A stretch of 64,000 nucleotides of DNA, taken from Alphaproteobacteria bacterium (GTDB taxonomy: Bacteria; Pseudomonadota; Alphaproteobacteria; RF32; CAG-239). The stretch lies in assembly GCA_017961285.1 (NCBI GenBank), contig JAGCXO010000037.1, forward strand, positions 16,097 through 80,096, written 5' to 3'. Both the position numbers and the translations under genes were made by a program. Shown here in pieces: positions 20,001 through 26,005 of this stretch. The stretch's first letter is position 1. Each line of letters begins with the position of its first letter. The notes beneath the pieces are model-generated. The model was given only the letters and a program-made list of their open reading frames with translations, had not been told where the DNA came from and did no database searches.

Positions 20001-22508
20001 GAACATGCACAGAAAGATACCTCACCAAAATCAAAAACATACTACGAAAACGGCAATGTAAAATATGAAGAATTGGAAGACGGCTCAAAGAACTTCTATT
20101 ATGAAAACGGAAAATTGCAACGCACCGAAAGCGACGAAAGAAATGTTGACTACTACGAAAACGGTAGTTACAAGCGCGTTGACTACAAAAACGGCAATGC
20201 AACAGACTATTACGAAAACGGTTATGTTCAAAAGACCACTTGCGTCGAAGGTGATGTAATAGAGTTTGATGAGCAAGGACGTGCAACACATATAAAATCA
20301 TCAGGCAGATTTATCTCTTATGAAGTAAATCATGCCAACGGCGAAAAATGGCACAGCCCTGCACTGCGCAATTATACCAAAATAAAAGAACAAACATGGG
20401 AAAACGGCAAACTTAAAGATATTACAAGATTTACCAAAGAAGAAAGAGCCGCCAACTATAACAAATACCACAACCCGGACGGTCAAGCAATCATCAATGA
20501 CAACACCGAAGCCATCAATGATGTTGCAGATATTGCCCCCCAACCTCAAAATTCTGACATCATCACCAGAGAAAATCAGGTTGATGATGCCAATCTGAAA
20601 TGGTATGGAAACGATCAACTTGCTGAGGAAACTTTAGACAGCGGACTTTCTCGTAAACATTCCGCAGACGGCAAACTGCTCACCAGAACCTACCCCGGCA
20701 CAGGAAAGCCTTCTTTCTCAGAGCATTTACTAGGTAAAAAAGCTGAAGCAGAAGTTACCTACACATTTTATCCCAACGGACACCTAAAATCACAAACAAA
20801 TGCCGACGGCACCACCACCACTTTTGAAGAAAACGAAAAATTACCACAAGCCACAAGCATAAAATTACCAAACGGTGCTACTATCCATTATGATGCTGAA
20901 GGCAAAATGACCGCCGAAGAACTTTCTGACGGACGCAAAATTACCTATTCTGACAAAGGAAATGTGGAAACATATGAGTGGCCGGACGGCTCAAAAGCCA
21001 CCTATTATGAGACCGGTGAAGCCAAAAGCTGGCAGGAAAACAATACCGAAACATTTTATTATCCAAATGGAGGAGTTAAACAAGTCAATTACAACGACGG
21101 CAATCAAATAAAATTTGATGAAAATGGATCTCCTACATATATCAAATCATCAGGAAAAGCTAATAAAATCATTGTCAAAGATGCTAATGGAAATACTTTT
21201 TGGGAAAGCGACCAAAAATATGATTATACTAAAATACAAGAACAAGTTTTCTACGATAACGGAAATATAAAATACGAAAAGTTTACCGACGGCACTGAAA
21301 AAGCTTATACACGCGATGGCACTTACCATACTGAAAAACTTCCCGATAATACCCTAAGAACTTATGATGAAGGTAAAATAGAATACGAAAAACTTCCCGA
21401 TGGAACTGAAAAAACAAGTTTCCATGAAGGTTACAAAACGTATGAAAAACTTCCCGATGGAACTGAAAACACCTACCGCAATGGAGAGCTAATGTCCACC
21501 AAAATCCCCGGTGGAGAATGGCAGTATGTAGGAGCTAAAGTTGAGCCTTCAGAAGATGAAAAAATTGAATATTACCCGAGCGGCGCAGAAAAACACATTG
21601 AATTCTCTGATGGTCGAAAATACGATTTTTATGAAAATGGTATGCCAAAACATAAGGAATGGCCAGATGGGCAAAAAGAAGATTTCTATGAAAATGGATC
21701 TGTTAAACATGTCGAGTGGAATGATGGTGCCAAAGGCGATTTTTCTGAAAACGGTATACAAGAATGTCAAATTTATCCTGACGGCACAAAAAAATACACT
21801 CACCCCAACGGATTGTTAAAACATCAAGAAAATCCAGACGGATCAAAAGTTGATTATTATGAAAACGGAATGCTCAGCAAAAAAACAGATAAAGACGGCA
21901 ATGAAACCAACTATGATAAAGAAGGCAATCAGATAACAGAAAAATCTACTCATCAAAAAGAAGAAAACTCTGACGAACTTGCCGATAAAACCGAAACAAA
22001 AAACAATAAAAAATCACATAAATCAAAATCATCAAATGCCGAATATCACGAAAACGGCTACATAAAAACCTATAATTCACCCGACGGCGATGTCTTAGAG
22101 TTTGATGACAGAGGAAATATAACTCATATCCAATCTTCCGGCAAAGTCTCAAGCTATGATATTGAACACCCCAATGGTGAACATTGGCAAAGTCCTGCTC
22201 AATACGACTATACAAAAATTGAAGAGCAAACCTACGAAAACGGCGAGTTAAAATCACACGTCGACAAACAAAAAGAAGATGATCAGAAAAAAGCTCGCGA
22301 AGAAGAACGTAAGAAAAGAAGAGAAGAACGCAAAGCCAGAAGACTTGAGCGACTCGCCAAACTAAAAGCCCTGATTGCAGAGCGCTATGCCGCAGAAAAC
22401 GGCGATTCTCCGACGGGAATATTCCAACGTCATCGCCAAAATGACAATCAAGAGCGCCAAAGCCCAGTTATGCAATGGTTCAAAAACAGACAATCACAAA
22501 ATAACTAA
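17064..22508 (+). CDS. Giant (1814 aa) MORN-like repeat protein with embedded Cys/His papain-fold-like domain and basic C-terminal tail
   Basis: Single uninterrupted ORF with an AAGGGGA RBS. Dozens of YYENG.../E(K/W)(L/P)PDG(T/S)EK.. units resemble MORN/YwqK-type repeats. No N-terminal signal peptide. Confidence 0.85.
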   Translation: MPNSIETPIAVNTEEVTIDDNIYIKETYEDGTYAYKDQEGNVTSVYYPSGYTKVTALEDGDVLSFYDGGKIKSVESCNTHSSYTVLHDNGEIYESNPQYDYKLINSQNYDENGNLEEATLSDGTEISYYENGYCEEIITDDEDIIKFNDNGQVTSIQSSGKHSSFSFDHANGEHWQTAPEDDYTEIEEQTWYDNGQTKSKDNFDDSYTAYYENGYIETYYSPDHDQIEFDENGNLTSIHASGKHSSYELQHANGETWKSDPQYDYTNTKQQKWQDGNLVSTSVDVSNEEVEKMVKERAHWLCEQYIEATDRRLAEIQSCNSTEKTQYVKDMFDRLGHGRIYDKYCIVGQLNCLQDVCDSSGNLNDSYHNTTNCANFIANMKKNGYADCFSKNPKKEDIHPGDMIFTPRDKDGNYHVVSVKEVYQDEKGETHVIVNSFNSDGTKEFKGNGNYTVFNTEKYMEKALYKELEEQNLWQQEQDNGQYIASNGDTRQMDAVKYAEMNTYLTRGMEPESDIQLADAVVEHDNTSQTVPEAPQQESQEDQIVTGPIDTKYYEDGTLAYEEYPDGSEKSYRKNGKLQYEKLPDGTEKTYYISGNLKYEKHPDGTEKSYDNTDDYSLQYEKLPDGTENTYSDGKLIATKSKDGDWNYQSTPKYASPSHTKIEYYPDGTTPKHVERPDGVIIDYYENGQYKHYEWPSGDKADYYEHNGILKHYEWAEEEKIVEKADFDEKGVVKYQEDSDGTKIYYYENGIPKHKELPDGTIIDYDEKGQIKEENQSNPPSIEKTEDQILASNQQTQDNTQTTTTITKEEENNMTEQQTNGNDNCHVEYYDNGNIKYEEWPDGSKNFYYESGALQRAERDDMIVDYYENGNYKRLDYKDDNVIEYYENGNIKTAEYPEGDYLEFNEKGEPTRILSSLTYPSYTITRGDNQTEWTSDPQYDYTQIAEQTFENGKVVKEIKSEERQLAQENAADFHEYIAPEHAQKDTSPKSKTYYENGNVKYEELEDGSKNFYYENGKLQRTESDERNVDYYENGSYKRVDYKNGNATDYYENGYVQKTTCVEGDVIEFDEQGRATHIKSSGRFISYEVNHANGEKWHSPALRNYTKIKEQTWENGKLKDITRFTKEERAANYNKYHNPDGQAIINDNTEAINDVADIAPQPQNSDIITRENQVDDANLKWYGNDQLAEETLDSGLSRKHSADGKLLTRTYPGTGKPSFSEHLLGKKAEAEVTYTFYPNGHLKSQTNADGTTTTFEENEKLPQATSIKLPNGATIHYDAEGKMTAEELSDGRKITYSDKGNVETYEWPDGSKATYYETGEAKSWQENNTETFYYPNGGVKQVNYNDGNQIKFDENGSPTYIKSSGKANKIIVKDANGNTFWESDQKYDYTKIQEQVFYDNGNIKYEKFTDGTEKAYTRDGTYHTEKLPDNTLRTYDEGKIEYEKLPDGTEKTSFHEGYKTYEKLPDGTENTYRNGELMSTKIPGGEWQYVGAKVEPSEDEKIEYYPSGAEKHIEFSDGRKYDFYENGMPKHKEWPDGQKEDFYENGSVKHVEWNDGAKGDFSENGIQECQIYPDGTKKYTHPNGLLKHQENPDGSKVDYYENGMLSKKTDKDGNETNYDKEGNQITEKSTHQKEENSDELADKTETKNNKKSHKSKSSNAEYHENGYIKTYNSPDGDVLEFDDRGNITHIQSSGKVSSYDIEHPNGEHWQSPAQYDYTKIEEQTYENGELKSHVDKQKEDDQKKAREEERKKRREERKARRLERLAKLKALIAERYAAENGDSPTGIFQRHRQNDNQERQSPVMQWFKNRQSQNN
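17196..17903 (+). repeat. Three tandem ~82-aa coding repeats (aa 45-280 of the giant protein)
   Basis: Each unit is YYENGY..E...D.D.I.F + a ~48-aa module (F[DN]-[ED]-[NK]G..T.I.SSGKHSS....HANGE.W...P.YDYT....Q.W.[DN]G). Confidence 0.8.
17949..18398 (+). other. Putative papain-fold (CHAP / NlpC-P60-like) Cys-His domain inside the giant protein
   Basis: Candidate nucleophiles are C345 (DKYCIVGQ, nt 18096-18098) or C373 (TNCANF, nt 18180-18182). They are followed by HPGDMIFTPRDKDGNYH415VVSV and THVIVNSFN. This matches the GD(L/M)(I/V)F...H(V/I) pattern of these amidases. Confidence 0.4.
18720..19379 (+). repeat. Segmental coding duplication, copy 1 (aa 553-772)
   Basis: Colinear with aa 1396-1622. 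Both contain YEKLPDGTEKT, YEKLPDGTENTY, KIEYYP.G...H and (D/F)YENG..KH.EWP.G. Confidence 0.75.
19539..20423 (+). repeat. Two tandem ~165-aa coding repeats (aa 826-955 and 992-1120)
   Basis: YYDNGNIKYEEWPDGSKNFYYESGALQRAE..VDYYENGNYKRLDYK aligns with YYENGNVKYEELEDGSKNFYYENGKLQRTE..VDYYENGSYKRVDYK. Each copy ends in the 48-aa module. Confidence 0.8.
21249..21929 (+). repeat. Segmental coding duplication, copy 2 (aa 1396-1622)
   Basis: See copy 1 at 18720-19379. Confidence 0.75.
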
Positions 22509-22531
22509 GTTATAAAAAACTTGACAAAAAT

Positions 22532-22571
22532 AATGTTCTGAAGTAAGACAACACTTCAGAACATTATTTTT
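22532..22571 (+). terminator. Rho-independent terminator of the giant gene
   Basis: Perfect 13-bp stem: AATGTTCTGAAGT (22532-22544) pairs with ACTTCAGAACATT (22553-22565), followed by ATTTTT. Confidence 0.9.
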
Positions 22572-22584
22572 AAATATAACTATT

Positions 22585-23202
22585 ATGAGAACCTTAGAAT
22601 TGTTAAAAAGGTTGGAAAAAATAGATCCGACCGATGAGCAACTTGCATTATGCATGGAAATACGGAAGAAAAATTTTCCTCTTCCGTTATATGTAAAACT
22701 CCCCAACGGAGAACATCTGTTGACACGCAAACTGGAAGACCGTATGATTGTCGAGGGAATTGCCACTGAACTCGGTATATATTTAACAGCCGAAATCCAC
22801 CCTATCCAATTTGGCAATAACGAAGTTACGGTTGCCGATTTGTATATTGCCGCAAGAGAAGTCCATCCCGATGCACGTCCTCTTACCAAAGACGACATTT
22901 TCGGAAAAAACAAACACAACCTCTCTTCGCTTATATCCCTAGACTCAACATTGGAAATTATGCAATATGAACTCAACCGTCTCAAATGCTGTGGTAGCAG
23001 AAGTATTGAATTTCTCAATCACAATTTTGAGTGTTATGCTCTCCCTAAACAAGCATTGCTTTCCGACACACATATAGCCCGATACAACGCCTATATTGAG
23101 GATTATGAATGTGAAGTTGCCATCAACGAGATTTATAAACTCGGATTATTTATTCCCGAAAAAAACATAAAAAATTATTATTATGGTAGAAAAGACAATT
23201 AA
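22585..23202 (+). CDS. Hypothetical protein; N-terminal third copy of the domain found in ORF 15747-16901
   Basis: NFPLPLYVK sits at the same offset as KFPLPLFW in the upstream ORF, and IVEGIA and TVADLYIAAREVHPDARPL are also shared. The C-terminal ~90 aa are unrelated and Cys-containing. Confidence 0.65.
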   Translation: MRTLELLKRLEKIDPTDEQLALCMEIRKKNFPLPLYVKLPNGEHLLTRKLEDRMIVEGIATELGIYLTAEIHPIQFGNNEVTVADLYIAAREVHPDARPLTKDDIFGKNKHNLSSLISLDSTLEIMQYELNRLKCCGSRSIEFLNHNFECYALPKQALLSDTHIARYNAYIEDYECEVAINEIYKLGLFIPEKNIKNYYYGRKDN

Positions 23203-23407
23203 GCAAATTGCCGCCGATGTTTACGATTTACCTGAGGGTTGTATCGAAGAAAATGACAAGTTTTCCTCTCTCGGCGACAGTCTCGACCACATCGAGATGG
23301 TAAGAAGAATGGAAGACGAATTCAATGTACAAATCTCCATCAAAAAAATGGAAGATCTCCCAACCATCGGAGATGCAATAAAATATGTTGAAGCTCGTCT
23401 TAAATAA
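23183..23407 (+). CDS. Acyl/peptidyl carrier protein-like (orphan ACP)
   Basis: 74 aa. SLGDSLDHIEMVRRMEDEFNVQI matches the ACP LG(A)DSLD..E(L)V...E.EF helix II region. The putative phosphopantetheine Ser is at nt 23279-23281. The ORF overlaps the upstream ORF by 20 nt. Confidence 0.75.
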   Translation: MVEKTIKQIAADVYDLPEGCIEENDKFSSLGDSLDHIEMVRRMEDEFNVQISIKKMEDLPTIGDAIKYVEARLK

Positions 23408-23414
23408 GAAAATT

Positions 23415-23445
23415 TCCCTCGCAATTCAATTGCGAGGGATTTTTA
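23415..23445 (+). terminator. Rho-independent terminator
   Basis: TCCCTCGCAATT (23415-23426) pairs with AATTGCGAGGGA (23428-23439), followed by TTTTT. Confidence 0.85.
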
Positions 23446-23474
23446 TTGACAAAAAATTCTTTATCTGCTACACA
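23446..23474 (+). promoter_or_regulatory. Sigma-70-like promoter
   Basis: TTGACA-N17-TACACA immediately after the terminator. The -10 element is weak. Confidence 0.35.
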
Positions 23475-23512
23475 AAAAATCCAAGAAGTATTATTCACAA
23501 AATTATAAAAAT

Positions 23513-23926
23513 ATGAAAAAAACATCTTTGTCCGTTACAATGACTATGGCTTTTATGACATTCGGCTTCATTTTAGCCGGACTGATTAATCTCATCAATG
23601 AGAGTAATATTAACAATACCGTAATAATTGCCGCAACAGGAATTATTGCTACAACGAGTTTAATCATGCTCTTAATCAATACCATAATAGCTGCCAAAAT
23701 CATTGACAGCCCGCAGTTGGTTGAAAGAGTTCCGAACAAACTTATCGGAGCAAGCTTATCCTTAACAGCCCTGTTGTTAACCGCGAGTATTGCCGCATTT
23801 ATCCTGGCAATACTGGTGAAACCGGCACAAAATTTGTATCTAGCAATGTTTATACTGATGGGCTTACTATCTCTGCCGCAATCAGTAACAAGCGCTAACA
23901 TAGACTTCAGATTAAGATTAAACTAA
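23513..23926 (+). CDS. Hypothetical membrane protein (about 4 TM helices)
   Basis: 137-aa hydrophobic ORF. I preferred it to the overlapping minus-strand ORF because a promoter box precedes it and a terminator follows it. Confidence 0.5.
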   Translation: MKKTSLSVTMTMAFMTFGFILAGLINLINESNINNTVIIAATGIIATTSLIMLLINTIIAAKIIDSPQLVERVPNKLIGASLSLTALLLTASIAAFILAILVKPAQNLYLAMFILMGLLSLPQSVTSANIDFRLRLN

Positions 23927-23931
23927 AACAA

Positions 23932-23958
23932 AACCCGCAATTAGAAATTGCGGGTTTT
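23932..23958. terminator. Bidirectional hairpin terminator between convergent genes
   Basis: AACCCGCAATT (23932-23942) pairs with AATTGCGGGTT (23946-23956). An A-run lies upstream and TTG downstream. Confidence 0.7.
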
Positions 23959-23962
23959 GCGT

Positions 23963-24814
23963 TTATTTATCCTTCTCTATAAATTCTTTAATTTTATCAA
24001 GCATTTTCAATGCATCATTGCGCCCAAGCTCATACATTTCCCGCACAATATCCAAATTTTGCTCCATTTTGCTTATTTTCACCAACCTACTCGGCCTCAA
24101 CACAAAAGCCCTGCCCGCTTTTTCCTGTTCCACTACATAATCAAGTTCTGCATTATACACTTTATACCTGTTCAAACAAGTTTCCACAAACTTGGGATAT
24201 TTTCTATACAACCATGAAAATAACCAGATAAAATGCGGCTTTCTTTTTCTATAACCTTGCGGACGTGTCAGCACTACAATATTTTTCTCAAAACCCAAGT
24301 TCTCCGCGGCTTTCAATGGAATACTGTCAGCAATCCCGCCATCCAACAGCTTTTTGCCGCCAACCTCAACAATTTGTGAGACCAAAGGCATTGAAGCCGA
24401 TGCCCTGATATAATCAATATCGGCAAACATATCATTGCATTTGATATATTCCGCCTGCCCTGTCTCAACATTTGAACAAACCGCATAAAATTCAATGCCG
24501 GAACGCATAAAAGCCTCATTATCATATGGATCGAGCTTTTCCGGCAACTCGTGATAACAAAACTCCGTTTCAACCATATTTCCGGTCAAAAACAAAGACT
24601 TAAAGCTCATAAATCGATAATCACGTCCATATTTTATATTATAGCGAATACTTCTTCCTGCCTGCATTGAGGCATAGGAACAACCATGAATTGCCCCTGC
24701 CGAAACACCGATAACCCCGTCGGCAATCAAACCGTTTTCTAACAAGACATCCAATACACCGGCAGTATATATCCCGCGCTTTGCCCCGCCTTCCAAAACC
24801 AAACCTATTTTCAT
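23963..24814 (-). CDS. Patatin-like phospholipase
   Basis: LEGGAKRG oxyanion motif, GVSAG (GxSxG) nucleophile, and a later DGG(I) catalytic Asp motif. Confidence 0.88.
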   Translation of the reverse strand: MKIGLVLEGGAKRGIYTAGVLDVLLENGLIADGVIGVSAGAIHGCSYASMQAGRSIRYNIKYGRDYRFMSFKSLFLTGNMVETEFCYHELPEKLDPYDNEAFMRSGIEFYAVCSNVETGQAEYIKCNDMFADIDYIRASASMPLVSQIVEVGGKKLLDGGIADSIPLKAAENLGFEKNIVVLTRPQGYRKRKPHFIWLFSWLYRKYPKFVETCLNRYKVYNAELDYVVEQEKAGRAFVLRPSRLVKISKMEQNLDIVREMYELGRNDALKMLDKIKEFIEKDK

Positions 24815-24929
24815 ATTTTTATTTCCCTACACAAACTTTCTCGCCTATAATTATTACAACAACATATATAGCAATATCAATATACTAGCAACAAAAAATT
24901 AAAAACCTGTTTAATCAATTTACAAAACA

Positions 24930-24959
24930 TTGACTCATCCGATTCGTTAAACATATAAT
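24930..24959 (+). promoter_or_regulatory. Sigma-70-like promoter
   Basis: TTGACT(24930-24935)-N18-TATAAT(24954-24959), 70 nt upstream of the 25029 ORF. Confidence 0.55.
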
Positions 24960-25028
24960 TTTCCAAAAAAGCTGCCGATTTAGAGAAGTTAATTTTGATA
25001 ATTTTAATAAATTGAGAGGAAATTAAAA

Positions 25029-25442
25029 ATGATTAACAAGTACACAATAATTGCAACACTTGCTCCTATACTAGGAAAAGCAGCTTATGATGATTATAAA
25101 AATTTGGTTTTACGAAAAAAAGACATGGAAAAAGCCGGATTAATTGGTGGAGATAATTACTATCACCGTCTAGCTATGTGTGAAAATGCACAAAAAGGAT
25201 TACCTCATGTAATTACATCTTTTAGTGGCGGTATTGCAAAAGAATTAAAAGATATATTTTGTAAATCAACAGGATTTTGCGATAAAAAAGATACTCTCAT
25301 AAATGCAATAAAAGATAGTTGGAAAGATATGGAAAATAATGTTGAAGGTCTTTATCATGGTTTGACAGATCCGAATACTGATTGTAAAATATGGCTAAAT
25401 GATTTGGATTATAGGACAAACACATGGAAAACAATAAAATAA
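25029..25442 (+). CDS. Hypothetical protein with serum-amyloid-A-like core motif
   Basis: 137-aa ORF with a GAGAGGAA RBS. DMEKAGLIGGDNYYHRLAMCENAQKG resembles the conserved SAA core [26 protein letters not shown]. Confidence 0.6.
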   Translation: MINKYTIIATLAPILGKAAYDDYKNLVLRKKDMEKAGLIGGDNYYHRLAMCENAQKGLPHVITSFSGGIAKELKDIFCKSTGFCDKKDTLINAIKDSWKDMENNVEGLYHGLTDPNTDCKIWLNDLDYRTNTWKTIK

Positions 25443-25567
25443 AAATATTTTTTAATCACCTGAGAAAATATTGCAAAGATATATTGTTTTCACTTGCATT
25501 TATTTGTGGAATAATTTTTATCTGCTTTCTAATTGCATTTTTTGTAGATCCGGTGTGGAATAAATAA
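25424..25567 (+). CDS. Tiny (47 aa) single-pass membrane ORF, not in the supplied ORF track
   Basis: Hand translation gives MENNKIKIFFNHLRKYCKDILFSLAFICGIIFICFLIAFFVDPVWNK. The ATG overlaps the end of the upstream ORF by 19 nt. Confidence 0.4.
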   Translation: MENNKIKIFFNHLRKYCKDILFSLAFICGIIFICFLIAFFVDPVWNK

Positions 25568-25629
25568 AACAAAAACTTGTTTTCACACATCACAAAACCG
25601 TAACTACATTTAGATTACGTGAGGAATAA

Positions 25630-25749
25630 ATGGGAAAAGTAAGAAAAATAGTAGAAATACTATATAAAATTGCAATTTGGGGATTTTGCATAGTTGTACT
25701 TTGGATTTTAATCTCATTTATTTATAGCGGTTTATCAATCGGAAAATAA
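25630..25749 (+). CDS. Tiny (39 aa) single-pass membrane ORF, not in the supplied ORF track
   Basis: Hand translation gives MGKVRKIVEILYKIAIWGFCIVVLWILISFIYSGLSIGK. A GAGGA RBS lies 5 nt upstream, and a terminator-like hairpin follows. Confidence 0.45.
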   Translation: MGKVRKIVEILYKIAIWGFCIVVLWILISFIYSGLSIGK

Positions 25750-25760
25750 ATCGCCATACA

Positions 25761-25809
25761 AAAAACCGCCCCTAAGGACGGCTTTTTCTTTACTGGTAGG
25801 CGCGCAGGA
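25761..25809 (-). repeat. Direct repeat copy A: terminator hairpin plus 16-nt fragment of the tRNA-Lys 3' end
   Basis: AAAAACCGCCCCTAAGGACGGCTTTTT...TGGTAGGCGCGCAGGA. The stretch 25794-25808 is identical to 25990-26004. Confidence 0.8.
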
Positions 25810-25957
25810 CGGCCGAAGAAAAAAGTGCTGTAATACACTTTTTTTCAAGGAGACACAATGAGACTTGCTTTTGCAAGCCAGCGACAGCAACGCACAGCAA
25901 AAGCAAAGTCGGAATTGAACGAACCCTTGGGTTCGAATCCCTTTACTTTCTATATGA

Positions 25958-26005
25958 CAAAAGCCGCCCTAAGGACGGCCTTTTTTCAATGGTAGGCGCG
26001 CAGGG
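25958..26005 (-). repeat. Direct repeat copy B: tRNA-Lys terminator plus the genuine tRNA 3' end
   Basis: AAAAGCCGCCCTAAGGACGGCCTTTTTT...TGGTAGGCGCGCAGGG. On the minus strand this is the tRNA 3' end followed by a hairpin and T-run. Confidence 0.8.

Noticed and set aside
22494-23018. 174-aa minus-strand ORF overlapping the end of the giant gene and ORF 22585-23202.
   Set aside because: The plus-strand ORF carries the conserved triplicated domain, and this ORF would run through the 22532-22571 terminator. I treat it as a shadow ORF. The same reasoning applies to other long antisense ORFs in the track (16443-16913, 19834-20301, 34807-35241, 39039-39551, 49506-49937, 49878-50333, 55385-55819, 56730-57179, 62732-63271, 63353-63835).
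23503-23901. 132-aa minus-strand hydrophobic ORF as an alternative to the plus-strand 23513-23926 membrane ORF.
   Set aside because: The plus-strand ORF is framed by a promoter-like box and a terminator, whereas the minus-strand ORF would start inside the terminator region. Both translations are hydrophobic, so confidence in the strand choice is only moderate.
25794-25995. Possible two-piece (permuted) alphaproteobacterial tmRNA, suggested by a tRNA-like 3' end (…GCGCGCCTACCA) and a T-arm fragment near structured RNA.
   Set aside because: The acceptor fragment is a copy of tRNA-Lys and not an alanine-type stem with G3:U70. I found no tag reading frame ending in ..AA-stop. The T-arm fragment is in the opposite orientation, and the free space (about 200 nt) is too short for both acceptor and coding pieces.
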